This document shows positions 18,192 through 27,418 of a stretch of DNA of 64,000 nt, piece by piece. Location of the stretch: assembly GCA_944388575.1 (NCBI GenBank), contig CALXJF010000002.1:10163-74162 (forward strand), read 5' to 3'. The notes under the pieces are model-generated. The model was not told the origin of the DNA and ran no database searches. It saw nothing but the letters and a program-made list of their open reading frames with translations. The stretch comes from an uncultured Clostridia bacterium (GTDB lineage: Bacteria; Bacillota; Clostridia; TANB77; CAG-465). A program made the position numbers and the translations under genes. Each line of letters starts with the position of its first letter. Positions within the stretch are counted from its first letter, which is position 1.

Positions 18192-20306
18192 ATGGCTGAA
18201 AACATGTCAAATAAAAGTAAAAAAACAAAAGTTATTTTTGGCTCAATTTTGACAGTCTTTGTAATTGTTCTGATTATTTTAATCTTTTTATATGCAGGAC
18301 ATTCAAAGAAGTTAGATAATTTGGCTGGAAATGTAGCAAAAGATGAAGAAGTACAAAGTTTGAAAAAGTTAGCTGATGAAACTGATGAAAAAGTTGAATC
18401 ACTTTCTGCTTTAAACACAAAAGTTGCTGATTTAGGTGATGATATTGAAAATGTAAAAATAGACTTAACAAATCAAGGAGTTGCTAATACTTTAGAGATT
18501 AAAGAACAAATATCTAGCTTACAATCAGAGTATACACAACTTATGAATGATTTAGAAAGCGTTGTGGCTAAAGAGGCAACATTAGATAAAAAAGCTAATG
18601 AAGCTACAGTTATAGAATTAGCAAACAACCTAGAAATTGTTTATAACTCATTAATGGAAAAATTAGACTCTGTAAAAGAGCAAGTAAATAATAATACAAA
18701 CAATGTAGTAAACACAGCAAAAGAGCAAATAAACAATAATATAAACAATGTAGTAAACACAGCAAAAGAACAGGTAAACAATAATACAAATAATGCGATA
18801 GATACAGCAGTGACTATAATGAAAGATTATATAAAAGCAAATGTAGAAACTGCTATAAGCAATATAAACAATAATACAAACAATGTAGTAAACACAGCAA
18901 AAGAGCAAATAAACAATAATACAAATAATGTAGTAAACACAGCAAAAGAACAAGTAAACAATAATATAAACAATGTAGTAAACACAGCAAAAGAGCAAGT
19001 AAACAATAATACAAATAATGTAGTAAACACAGCAAAAGAGCAAGTAAACAATAATACAAACAATGTAGTAAACACAGCAAAAGAGCAAGTAAATAATAAT
19101 ACAAATAATGTGATAGATACAGCTGTGGCTATAATGAAAGATTATATAAAAACAAATGTAGAAATTGCTATTGAAAATATAAATACTAACACAAAAAATG
19201 TAGTAGCAAATGCAAGAGAGAATATTAACACTAATACAAAAAATACAGTAGCAAATGCAAGAGAGAATATAAATACTAATACAAAAAATGTAGTAGCAAA
19301 TGCAAGAGAGAATATAAATACTAATACAAAAAATGTAGTAGCAAATGCAAGAGAGAATATAAACACTAATACAAAAAATGTAGTAGCAAATGCAAGAGAG
19401 AACATAAATACTAACACAAATAATGCAGTAACAAATGCAAAACAAGAAATAGATAAACAGTTGGCTGTTGGATTTGCTGATTTAGAGACAGCAGTTGGTG
19501 AAAATAAAAATCTTATTGAAGAAGTATATAAAAATATAGATAATAGATTAACTACTGAATTTGATGAAGTTGCTAGTACTTTAAGCTCAAATTATAGTAA
19601 CTTATTTAATAATCTTACAAGTACTGAAACAAGAATAATTGAAGCAAATAGTAGGATAATTGAAACAAATTCTAGATTAATAAATGTTGAAACTAGACTA
19701 ATTGAAGCTAATAATAGATTAATTAGTACAGAAAATAGAGTTATAGAGTCAAATAATAGACTTATTAATTTAGAAGGAATTGCTAGTACACAATCAACAA
19801 CTATCTCTAATGGTTTTTCAGGTATTAATACTAATCTTTCAAATATTGAAGGAAATTTAGCAAAAGCATCTGAAACAGTTGGAAATAATGTTGTTAATGC
19901 ATTATCTAAAAAAATTGATAACTTAAAACTTGAAATAATGGGAACTGATAGTTCAAAGACTTTAACATATATAGCTAGTCAAAATCAAAATAATCTGGCT
20001 AATACAAAATCTTTAGTAGATCTAATGGGTAAATCTAGTGATACTGAAACTACTGATACTGTATTTGGTAGATTAAGTAAGATCACTAGTGATGTTGCTA
20101 GAGTAGAAAATAAGATTGATACTATAGATGATAATGTTGATGAAATATTAAATAGAGTTACATCAACTAGCCTATTTAGTGGATATCGTCAGGATCAACT
20201 AGAGGAAATAATTGCAAATGGTATAACAAATAGTAAAACTACTGAAGAAATTGTTAATGAAGCATTAGGTTTCATGGTTCAACATAACCTTATAAAAATA
20301 AATTAA
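18192..20306 (+). CDS. Membrane-anchored coiled-coil / tandem-repeat surface protein
   Basis: 704 aa. One N-terminal TM helix, an Asn/Thr-rich low-complexity body with three in-frame repeat families, and RBS aaaggagg upstream. Confidence 0.7.
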   Translation: MAENMSNKSKKTKVIFGSILTVFVIVLIILIFLYAGHSKKLDNLAGNVAKDEEVQSLKKLADETDEKVESLSALNTKVADLGDDIENVKIDLTNQGVANTLEIKEQISSLQSEYTQLMNDLESVVAKEATLDKKANEATVIELANNLEIVYNSLMEKLDSVKEQVNNNTNNVVNTAKEQINNNINNVVNTAKEQVNNNTNNAIDTAVTIMKDYIKANVETAISNINNNTNNVVNTAKEQINNNTNNVVNTAKEQVNNNINNVVNTAKEQVNNNTNNVVNTAKEQVNNNTNNVVNTAKEQVNNNTNNVIDTAVAIMKDYIKTNVEIAIENINTNTKNVVANARENINTNTKNTVANARENINTNTKNVVANARENINTNTKNVVANARENINTNTKNVVANARENINTNTNNAVTNAKQEIDKQLAVGFADLETAVGENKNLIEEVYKNIDNRLTTEFDEVASTLSSNYSNLFNNLTSTETRIIEANSRIIETNSRLINVETRLIEANNRLISTENRVIESNNRLINLEGIASTQSTTISNGFSGINTNLSNIEGNLAKASETVGNNVVNALSKKIDNLKLEIMGTDSSKTLTYIASQNQNNLANTKSLVDLMGKSSDTETTDTVFGRLSKITSDVARVENKIDTIDDNVDEILNRVTSTSLFSGYRQDQLEEIIANGITNSKTTEEIVNEALGFMVQHNLIKIN
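18675..19181 (+). repeat. 45-nt (15-aa) tandem repeats KEQ(V/I)NNN(T/I)NNVVNTA arranged in two super-blocks
   Basis: Units start at 18675, 18720 and 18765. A 57-nt spacer (VTIMKDYIKANVETAISNI) is followed by a second array and a near-identical spacer (VAIMKDYIKTNVEIAIENI). The units are nearly identical at the nucleotide level. Confidence 0.9.
19182..19451 (+). repeat. Second 45-nt tandem repeat family, NTNTKNVVANARENI x6
   Basis: Six consecutive in-frame 45-nt units. The last one is divergent (NTNTNNAVTNAKQEI). Confidence 0.9.
19623..19769 (+). repeat. 21-nt heptad repeats (x-x-x-R-[ILV]-I-[ENS]) x7
   Basis: TETRIIE ANSRIIE TNSRLIN VETRLIE ANNRLIS TENRVIE SNNRLIN. Confidence 0.8.
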
Positions 20307-20391
20307 AATATTAATTTGAAACGGTTTAATGTTGCTCTGGATACATAAGTTTTTCTATGGTAAAAAATAATAAGAAAATGTAAAAAAACTG

Positions 20392-20420
20392 TTGACAAAT
20401 ATTAATATATCGGTTATAAT
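20392..20420 (+). promoter_or_regulatory. Sigma-A-type promoter for the tRNA cluster
   Basis: TTGACA (20392-20397), 17-nt spacer, TATAAT (20415-20420), about 20 nt before the first tRNA. Confidence 0.6.
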
Positions 20421-20441
20421 AATACTTGTCAACAGATAAGT

Positions 20442-20517
20442 GGGCGCTTAGCTCAGTTGGGAGAGCATCTGCCTTACAAGCAGGGGGTCACAGGTTCGAG
20501 CCCTGTAGTGCCCACCA
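20442..20517 (+). tRNA. tRNA-Val (anticodon TAC)
   Basis: The cloverleaf folds by hand. Acceptor gggcgct/agtgccc, anticodon loop cTTACaa, T-arm ggttcgagcc, encoded CCA. Confidence 0.85.
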
Positions 20518-20534
20518 CTTATTTTTATATCTGT

Positions 20535-20611
20535 GGCCTGGTAGTTCAGTTGGTTAGAACGCTAGCCTGTCACGCTAGAGGTCGTGGGTTCGAGCCCCAT
20601 CCAGGTCGCCA
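20535..20611 (+). tRNA. tRNA-Asp (anticodon GTC)
   Basis: Acceptor ggcctgg/ccaggtc, anticodon stem ctagc/gctag with loop ctGTCac, encoded CCA. Confidence 0.9.
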
Positions 20612-20643
20612 TTTTTTTGTATAATATATAATTTAATAATTAT

Positions 20644-20719
20644 GGCTTGATAGCTCAGTTGGTAGAGCAGGGGACTGAAAATCCCCGTGTCCGTGGTTCG
20701 ATTCCGCGTCAAGCCACCA
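20644..20719 (+). tRNA. tRNA-Phe (anticodon GAA)
   Basis: Acceptor ggcttga/tcaagcc, anticodon stem gggga/tcccc with loop ctGAAaa, encoded CCA. Confidence 0.9.
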
Positions 20720-20795
20720 GCGGGAGTAGCTCAGTTGATAGAGCGCCGCCTTGCCAAGGCGGAGGTCGCGGGTTTGAGCCCCGTCTCCCGCTCCA
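20720..20795 (+). tRNA. tRNA-Gly (anticodon GCC)
   Basis: Acceptor gcgggag/ctcccgc, anticodon stem ccgcc/ggcgg with loop ttGCCaa, encoded CCA. It starts immediately after the CCA of tRNA-Phe. Confidence 0.9.
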
Positions 20796-20870
20796 TTTAT
20801 TTATATGAAAAATATAAATATTATATTTAGTTTGTCATTTTTTTTGTTATAAATAATATAATGTAGTAAT

Positions 20871-20944
20871 GGCGCCATAGCCAAGTGGTAAGGCACGGCT
20901 CTGCAAAAGCCTGATCATCAGTTCAAATCTGATTGGCGCCTCCA
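20871..20944 (+). tRNA. tRNA-Cys (anticodon GCA)
   Basis: Acceptor ggcgcca/tggcgcc, loop ctGCAaa, short D-arm (agccaagtggtaaggc), encoded CCA. Confidence 0.85.
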
Positions 20945-20983
20945 ATTTTTTTAATAGTGCTAGGTTATTAGTATAATAAATAA

Positions 20984-21020
20984 AAAAGATAGAATGTTTG
21001 CTATTAACATTCTATCTTTT
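20984..21020. terminator. Bidirectional hairpin terminator after the tRNA cluster and the convergent ORF 21025-21471
   Basis: aaaagatagaatgtt / aacattctatctttt 15-bp stem flanked by A and T runs. Confidence 0.75.
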
Positions 21021-21024
21021 GGTT

Positions 21025-21471
21025 TTATAAATTGTTTCTTATACACTTTATAAAGTTTGACTTGGTGTTAATTTTTGTTGATATCCACTCATTTTTTGGG
21101 CTATTGAAAATATCAAATATATTGGAGGTAAATGGTGTATTTTTGCTTACACGTATATATTTTATTTCGCCATTTTCTCTCCATATATCAAAGAAAAGAG
21201 TTTGTTTACCATTTATTAGGTATTCACTCATTTTTTCAAAACTTTGCTTTATATATTGTATGTTAAAATTAGGTACATATAAGAAACAATAAAAAATCTC
21301 TTGTATAAATTGTTTCCTTGGGTAGTAGATTTTGTGATTTTTGCCATTAGAGTCTTCATATACAATCATATATTTTGACTGGCCATTGATGAATTGAAAC
21401 CAATTTCTTACAAATTTTATAGATATAATCTTATAAGAGGTTATTGTTGCTTCATTTTCATAATTTAACAT
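21025..21471 (-). CDS. Hypothetical protein
   Basis: 148-aa ORF with aaggag 7 nt upstream on the minus strand. No recognisable motifs. Confidence 0.5.
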   Translation of the reverse strand: MLNYENEATITSYKIISIKFVRNWFQFINGQSKYMIVYEDSNGKNHKIYYPRKQFIQEIFYCFLYVPNFNIQYIKQSFEKMSEYLINGKQTLFFDIWRENGEIKYIRVSKNTPFTSNIFDIFNSPKNEWISTKINTKSNFIKCIRNNL

Positions 21472-21576
21472 AAAATCATTCTCCTTCTTTCAATTTTGAA
21501 AAGATATTTATTAATAATTCGAATAATATTATAACATATATATCGATAATTGTCAAAAGTTAACTTCGATATTATG

Positions 21577-21605
21577 TTGACTTTAAACTTTTAGAGTGGT
21601 ATAAT
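21577..21605 (+). promoter_or_regulatory. Sigma-A-type promoter with extended -10
   Basis: TTGACT, 17-nt spacer, TGgTATAAT (21597-21605). Confidence 0.55.
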
Positions 21606-21628
21606 ATATAAATATAAGGGAGGTATTT

Positions 21629-22366
21629 ATGGCACGTAGATTTATTGTAGATGAGAAGGATATAACTGATTTAAAAGATAATAATATTGTAATACATGGT
21701 AGTGAGGTAAAACATATACAAGTTTTGAGACATAATATTGGTGATGAAATAATAATTAATGAATTTATTTGTAAAATTTTAAAAATTGAAAGAGAACATA
21801 TTGTATTAGAAAAAATTGCTATATCTCCTAGAATTGGTGAACCAAACATTAATTTAAACTTATATATGGCTATGTTAAAAGGCAATAAAATGGATTTTGT
21901 AGTACAAAAGGCTGTTGAATTAGGAGTAAAACAAATAACACCTTTTATGTCTAAAAACGTAGTTGTTAAATTGGATGACAAATTAAAAAGTAAAAAGCAG
22001 GAAAAATTTCAAAAAATTGCTGATGAGGCATGTAAGCAATGTGGAAGAAGTGATAAAGTCATTGTAAATAATATATTAGAATTCAATGAATTGTTTCAAA
22101 GCATTTCAAGTAAGAGTATAACTATTTTTGCATACGAAAAAGAGGATAATAAAACATTAAAGGATATACTTAGTACTTGTGATACATTTAATGTGAAGGA
22201 CATAGCTATTATAGTAGGAGCAGAGGGAGGTTTTACTGAAGGAGAGGCTGATGCACTTAAATTTACAGAGAATGTAGAATGTATTAGTTTAGGAACAAGA
22301 ATTTTAAGGGCTGAAACGGCGGCGATTAGTTTAATATCAATAATTATGTATGAATTAGATAAGTAA
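21629..22366 (+). CDS. rsmE: 16S rRNA (uracil1498-N3)-methyltransferase
   Basis: N-terminal ARRFIV. The C-terminal GAEGGFTEGE...LGTRILRAETAAI is characteristic of RsmE. Confidence 0.85.
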   Translation: MARRFIVDEKDITDLKDNNIVIHGSEVKHIQVLRHNIGDEIIINEFICKILKIEREHIVLEKIAISPRIGEPNINLNLYMAMLKGNKMDFVVQKAVELGVKQITPFMSKNVVVKLDDKLKSKKQEKFQKIADEACKQCGRSDKVIVNNILEFNELFQSISSKSITIFAYEKEDNKTLKDILSTCDTFNVKDIAIIVGAEGGFTEGEADALKFTENVECISLGTRILRAETAAISLISIIMYELDK

Positions 22367-22463
22367 AAATATAATGTTAATTTTTAGCATTATATTTTTT
22401 CTTGTAAAAAAAATAATAATAGTATATAATTAGATGAGTATTTAGTTAAAAGGAGATAAAAAT

Positions 22464-23480
22464 ATGGTGTATCCTAACAGTTTAAAAAAAGGAGATACAA
22501 TAGGTATAGTTGCTCCAAGTGGTGGAGCTAATTTGGAATATATAGATTATGCAATACAAAATTTAAATTCTCTAGGATTAAATGTAATTGAAGGAAAGAC
22601 GATAAGAAATATGGAATACCTAGTTAGTGCAAGTGCAAAAAGAAGAGCGAGTGAGTTAATTGAATTTTTTCTAAATAAAAATATAAAATATATATTTTCA
22701 GCTAGAGGAGGAGAATTTTTAATTGATATACTTCCTTTTATACATGATAAAAAAGAAGTATTTGAAGATAAAAATAATTTAAAATATTTTCATGGGTATT
22801 CTGATAATTCTTTATTAAACGTATATCTTACAACTAATTTTTTTATTCCTACAGTTAATTCCTTGACAGTTACTGAGTTTTGTATGAAAGAGTTTGATGA
22901 GAGTATAAAGAATAATCTGGACTTTATGTTCTTAAATGAAGATAAAGAGTTTAAGCAGAAAAATTTTGAAAAATATCAAATAAAAGAATTTGAAGATAAA
23001 AGAGATGGATTTAATTTAACTGAGAAGGTACAATATAAATTATTAAATTTAAATAATAAAAAAATACAAATAAAAGGAAGATTAATAGGAGGATGTTTAG
23101 AAACAATAGTGCAACTTATTGGAACTAAATTTGATAATGTAAAAAATTTTTGTAAATCTCAAAAAGAAGGTATTATTTGGTATTTTGATATATATGAAGA
23201 TAATGCACCTGAGGTATATAGGAAAATAAATCATATGAAAAATGCTGGTTGGTTTGAAAACATAAAAGGAATATTAATTGGAAGAACCTATGGGGGAAAA
23301 GCACTTGGTGATTTTGACTTACATTATGCATATGAGAAAGCTTTAGGAAACCTTGAAGTTCCAGTAATTTATGATGTAGATATAGGGCACGTCCCACCAC
23401 AATTAGTTTTAGTTAATGGAAGTTTGGCAAGTGTGATATTTGATAATGAAAATTTTGAAATAAAACAGGAATTTATATAA
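22464..23480 (+). CDS. S66 family LD-carboxypeptidase / MccF-like peptidase
   Basis: GDTIGIVAPSG near the N-terminus, nucleophile motif HGYSDNS, and the late DIGH histidine. Confidence 0.75.
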   Translation: MVYPNSLKKGDTIGIVAPSGGANLEYIDYAIQNLNSLGLNVIEGKTIRNMEYLVSASAKRRASELIEFFLNKNIKYIFSARGGEFLIDILPFIHDKKEVFEDKNNLKYFHGYSDNSLLNVYLTTNFFIPTVNSLTVTEFCMKEFDESIKNNLDFMFLNEDKEFKQKNFEKYQIKEFEDKRDGFNLTEKVQYKLLNLNNKKIQIKGRLIGGCLETIVQLIGTKFDNVKNFCKSQKEGIIWYFDIYEDNAPEVYRKINHMKNAGWFENIKGILIGRTYGGKALGDFDLHYAYEKALGNLEVPVIYDVDIGHVPPQLVLVNGSLASVIFDNENFEIKQEFI

Positions 23481-23496
23481 ATAAGCAAAAAAAAAA

Positions 23497-23525
23497 TTGA
23501 ATTTAAAACTTATGTTTGTTATAAT
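23497..23525 (+). promoter_or_regulatory. Sigma-A-type promoter with extended -10 upstream of ruvB
   Basis: TTGAAT, 17-nt spacer, TGtTATAAT. Confidence 0.5.
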
Positions 23526-23554
23526 AGTTTTAGAGTTTATGAGGAGGAATAATT

Positions 23555-24559
23555 TTGATAGAAGATAGAGTTGTGTCTCCAGAATATATTGAAGATGAAG
23601 AGATAATAGAAGAAGTTTCATTGAGACCAGATAATTTTTCAGAGTATATTGGTCAAGATAAAGTAAAAGAAAACTTAAAAGTATATATTGAAGCAGCAAA
23701 AAATAGAGGAGAAGCTTTAGATCATGTATTATTGTATGGTCCTCCTGGACTTGGTAAGACTACACTTGCCACTATTATTGCAAATGAGATGGGAAGCAAT
23801 ATAAAAATAACATCAGGACCAGCAATTGATAAGGCTGGAGATTTAGCTGCTATATTAACTAATTTACAACCAAATGATATTTTATTTATAGATGAAATAC
23901 ATAGACTTAATAAATCAGTAGAAGAGGTATTGTATCCAGCTTTGGAAGATTTTAACTTGGATATTGTTATAGGTAAGGGACCATCTGCAAGGTCAATTAG
24001 ATTAGATTTACCAAAGTTTACATTAGTAGGGGCGACAACTAAAGCTGGATCACTTTCAGCACCACTTAGAGATAGATTTGGAATTATACATAAACTTGAA
24101 TTATATAGTGAGAAAAATCTTGCTAAGATTATTACAAGAAGTGCTGAAATATTAAATATTAAGATAGAATATGACGCAGCAATTGAAATTGGTTCAAGAT
24201 GTAGAGGTACTCCAAGGATAGCTAATAGATTACTTAAGAGAGTTAGGGACTTTGCGGAGGTTGAAAATTTAAATATTATAGATTATAATATTGCTAAGAA
24301 GGCTTTAGATAGATTAGAAATAGATGAGCTAGGACTAGATTTAACTGATAGGCAGATGCTTAATACGGTTATAACAAAGTTTAATGGTGGGCCAGTTGGA
24401 TTAGATACTTTAGCTGCTTCAATTGGTGAGGATAAAGATACGATAGAAGATGTATATGAACCTTACCTTATGCAAATTGGTTTTTTAAGTAGATCACCTA
24501 GAGGAAGAATTGCTACAAAACTTGCTTATGAACATTTAGGAATATCATTTGGTGAATAA
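23555..24559 (+). CDS. ruvB: Holliday junction branch migration helicase RuvB
   Basis: TTG start 7 nt after ggagga. Walker [10 protein letters not shown], Walker [20 protein letters not shown]. Confidence 0.95.
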   Translation: MIEDRVVSPEYIEDEEIIEEVSLRPDNFSEYIGQDKVKENLKVYIEAAKNRGEALDHVLLYGPPGLGKTTLATIIANEMGSNIKITSGPAIDKAGDLAAILTNLQPNDILFIDEIHRLNKSVEEVLYPALEDFNLDIVIGKGPSARSIRLDLPKFTLVGATTKAGSLSAPLRDRFGIIHKLELYSEKNLAKIITRSAEILNIKIEYDAAIEIGSRCRGTPRIANRLLKRVRDFAEVENLNIIDYNIAKKALDRLEIDELGLDLTDRQMLNTVITKFNGGPVGLDTLAASIGEDKDTIEDVYEPYLMQIGFLSRSPRGRIATKLAYEHLGISFGE

Positions 24560-24577
24560 AAAATTGGAGGATTAAAT

Positions 24578-24841
24578 ATGGAAAGAGAAGTGAAAATTGG
24601 AATATATAGACATTTTAAATCTTTAGATATGTTATATGAAGTTAGTGGAATAGCTATTCATACAGAAACAGGAGAGGAACTTGTTATATATAAAAGTTTG
24701 TATGAAAAGGGAAATGTAAAAAGAGGCCAAATGTTTGCTAGACCTAAGAAAATGTTTTTATCTAAAGTTCCGGATGATAGAGATAATCCAAATAATCAAG
24801 AATATAGATTTGAATATATAGGAGAGAAGATAAATGCGTAA
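24578..24841 (+). CDS. DUF1653-like small protein
   Basis: 87 aa. The pattern YRHFK...LYEV.G.AIHTETGEELVIYKSLY is typical of DUF1653. It overlaps the queH start by 8 nt. Confidence 0.55.
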   Translation: MEREVKIGIYRHFKSLDMLYEVSGIAIHTETGEELVIYKSLYEKGNVKRGQMFARPKKMFLSKVPDDRDNPNNQEYRFEYIGEKINA

Positions 24842-25412
24842 ATTATTAATGCATGCTTGTTGTGCGCCGTGTTTTGTATATATAGAAAATGATTTAAGAA
24901 AAAATGGATTATTACTTGATGGAAAGTATGAAAAGGTTGAGTATACTGCTTGTTTTTATAATCCAAACATACATCCTAAAGTTGAATATGAAAGGAGAAA
25001 AAATACTTTTAAGGATTTTTGTGCTCAAAAAAAATGTGATTTCATAGTTATAGATGAATATGATTTAAATGGCTATATTAAATATGTAGTAGAAAATGTG
25101 GGAAAAGGTAAAAAGTACAGTTATAGATGTGAGTATTGCTATTATATGAGATTAAAAAAAGTTTTTGAATATGCAAAAGAAAATAACTTCGATATCGTTT
25201 CAACGACACTAACTATTAGCCCTTATCAAAATCATGACATCATAAAAAAGGTTGGAAAAAAGTTAGAGGAAGAGTTTGGTATTGAATTTATATATATAGA
25301 TTATAGAGAACATTTTAGAGAAGGGCAAAAAATGGCTAGAGAATTTGGATTATATATGCAAAAATATTGTGGTTGTGTATTTTCTTTTGATGATGGAAAG
25401 TGGGTTTATTAA
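24834..25412 (+). CDS. queH: Epoxyqueuosine reductase QueH (DUF208)
   Basis: N-terminal LLMHACCAPC cluster and C-terminal YCGCVFS cysteines in ~190 aa. Confidence 0.8.
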   Translation: MRKLLMHACCAPCFVYIENDLRKNGLLLDGKYEKVEYTACFYNPNIHPKVEYERRKNTFKDFCAQKKCDFIVIDEYDLNGYIKYVVENVGKGKKYSYRCEYCYYMRLKKVFEYAKENNFDIVSTTLTISPYQNHDIIKKVGKKLEEEFGIEFIYIDYREHFREGQKMAREFGLYMQKYCGCVFSFDDGKWVY

Positions 25413-26287
25413 TGAAAAAATATTCTAAGAATAATAGTAAAAAAAGAAGTTTACTAAAATTTTTGATAGTTATAGTTGGGATTATTGTGGTATTAAGTAT
25501 AGCGTTATTTATTTATGTCTTATTAAATAAAAATGTTGTATATGAAAAAATAGATGATTCTGCTAAATTTGTATCAGATGATGTGGCAAGTAATTCCACA
25601 CCTATTATAATTGATAATGTACTTATTGGTGCTGTATATGACAAAAAATGGGTAAGTACAGAAAAGTATTATTTAAAATCCAATAATAAGTCAAATATAG
25701 AAATTGATGTATATAATGATGTAGGGAAAAAAGGTACATATGAGTTGCAATCTGTATCTCAAGGAGATTCTACCACTGTATATTCTGCAACCACAAATAC
25801 TAATATGGTTGATGAATATTTTGCTATTGCTAAAAATGAAAATTTTGATGCAATGAAGCAAGTGGCTCTAAAGAAGAAAAATATAACAGAAAAAGAAGTA
25901 GATTATGTAGAAAAAGCTTTAGGAATATTTAGATTATTTAATACTTCGGTAAAAGTAACAGAAGCTTATGATATATCTCTATCACAGGGAGATAATGGAG
26001 TATTAATATTTGCTACAAACCAAGTTGGTAAGTCAATAGGTGTGTTTAGTGCAGTAGTTTATGTTGATAATAATGAAAGAGTTAGTTTATTAAAATATAA
26101 TTATATAAGAGATACAAAAGATGCATCGAATTGGCCAATATATTCATTTAAATTTATAGGTGATTTAAATACTGATGGCGTTAGTGAAATAATTATTCAA
26201 GAAACTAAAGAGTTTGAAGTAAAATATGATGTTATAGAATATAAAGACAATAAATTTAATGAAGTATTAAGTACTGTTATTAAATAA
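25412..26287 (+). CDS. Hypothetical membrane-anchored protein
   Basis: Basic N-terminus plus one TM helix. ATG 25412 overlaps the queH stop (TAATG). No family recognised. Confidence 0.5.
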   Translation: MKKYSKNNSKKRSLLKFLIVIVGIIVVLSIALFIYVLLNKNVVYEKIDDSAKFVSDDVASNSTPIIIDNVLIGAVYDKKWVSTEKYYLKSNNKSNIEIDVYNDVGKKGTYELQSVSQGDSTTVYSATTNTNMVDEYFAIAKNENFDAMKQVALKKKNITEKEVDYVEKALGIFRLFNTSVKVTEAYDISLSQGDNGVLIFATNQVGKSIGVFSAVVYVDNNERVSLLKYNYIRDTKDASNWPIYSFKFIGDLNTDGVSEIIIQETKEFEVKYDVIEYKDNKFNEVLSTVIK

Positions 26288-26304
26288 GTTAGAGGTTGAT
26301 ATAT

Positions 26305-27285
26305 ATGAAAAATAAACAAACTGGAATAAGTTTAATTGTATTAATGATAACAATATTAGTTATGACTATTTTAGCAGCTGCAGTTATATTAAGTGTAGGT
26401 AATAATAATTCTATTTCTAATGCAAATAAATTAAAATTTCAACAAGATTTAAGTACTATGCAAGATGAGGTCAATAAATATACTTCAGAAAAACAAGTAG
26501 AAAATCTTGGTCAATATAGTGAGGAAAGTTTTGATTCAGATGAGATGGTAAAACTGTTCCCTTCCACTAAAAATTATAAAGATATTGTAAAAGTAGTAAA
26601 AGGTAAAATAGTATTAACAGATGCTGCAACAGATAATGAAGTAGCTTGGGCTTTAGAACTTGGTATAGAAAAAGAAGGTACTCAGATAACAGGTGATTTA
26701 TATACAGATGTTAGTATAGGAGATTATGTAGCGTATCCTGTTTCATATAGTAATATTACATTAGATGGTCAAACTGAGACTAAAACTGGTTGGAGAGTAA
26801 TTGTAAAAGATGATAATACAAAAACATTAAAGTTAATAAGTGCAGGAGTACCACAATCAATATATTTATATGGAGTAGATGGGACTAGAAGTAATGTCTT
26901 TAATAGTTTAATTAATAAATATTTAGATAGCAATTATGCTACTAATGTAGGTTGTTTGTCTTTGAATGAAATGAAACAATTTATAGAGATAAACTATAAG
27001 AAATATAGTGTGGAAATAGAAAATACGTATGTTAGTACATCTGATCCATATTATGATTTATTGGTAACCTCTGTTGGATATTGGTTTAAGGATAATGTTA
27101 ATGAAACCGGGGCTAAATATAGATATTTCGTAAATAACAATGCATCTTTAGGAAGTATTTACTTAGCTTGGGAGGATCAAGACAAAGATGGAGCTACTTA
27201 TGGGATAAGGCCGGTTGTAACATTACAACAAGGATTAAGAACTACTGGTAAAACAGAAAAAGGTGTTTGGACAATAGTTAAGTAA
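26305..27285 (+). CDS. Hypothetical protein with a pilin-like hydrophobic N-terminus
   Basis: N-terminus KNKQTGISLIVLMITILVMTILAAAV resembles a class III (prepilin) signal but lacks Glu at +5. Globular C-terminal domain. Confidence 0.4.
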   Translation: MKNKQTGISLIVLMITILVMTILAAAVILSVGNNNSISNANKLKFQQDLSTMQDEVNKYTSEKQVENLGQYSEESFDSDEMVKLFPSTKNYKDIVKVVKGKIVLTDAATDNEVAWALELGIEKEGTQITGDLYTDVSIGDYVAYPVSYSNITLDGQTETKTGWRVIVKDDNTKTLKLISAGVPQSIYLYGVDGTRSNVFNSLINKYLDSNYATNVGCLSLNEMKQFIEINYKKYSVEIENTYVSTSDPYYDLLVTSVGYWFKDNVNETGAKYRYFVNNNASLGSIYLAWEDQDKDGATYGIRPVVTLQQGLRTTGKTEKGVWTIVK

Positions 27286-27418
27286 ATATAATTTAAGAAT
27301 AATATGTATACTGCTTTAATAATTATGTATTTATCTACTAATATCGTTAATTTGATATTAGTAGATTTTTTAATATCTATATGGTATAATATTATAAATT
27401 TGAAAGGATGAAGTGACA

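Noticed and set aside
18663-19445. Long minus-strand ORFs (260, 91, 83 and 82 aa; Cys/Ile/Tyr/Phe-rich) overlapping the repeat region
   Set aside because: They are mirror-image artefacts of the in-frame 45-nt repeats of the plus-strand gene 18192-20306. They have no RBS, are extremely low in complexity, and repeat with the same period.
18675-19451. Regularly spaced near-identical 45-nt repeats that might suggest a CRISPR array
   Set aside because: The units are directly adjacent with no unique spacers. They are in frame within a long ORF and encode a coherent peptide repeat. No cas genes are present.
21032-21292. 86-aa plus-strand ORF next to the tRNA cluster
   Set aside because: It is entirely antisense to the longer 148-aa minus-strand ORF, which has a good aaggag RBS. 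The plus-strand ORF is hydrophobic, low in complexity and lacks an RBS.
22464-23554. Absence of ruvA immediately upstream of ruvB as a possible anomaly
   Set aside because: ruvB has its own good promoter and RBS, and ruvA could be encoded elsewhere. The point cannot be evaluated from one window, so it is not reported as a finding.
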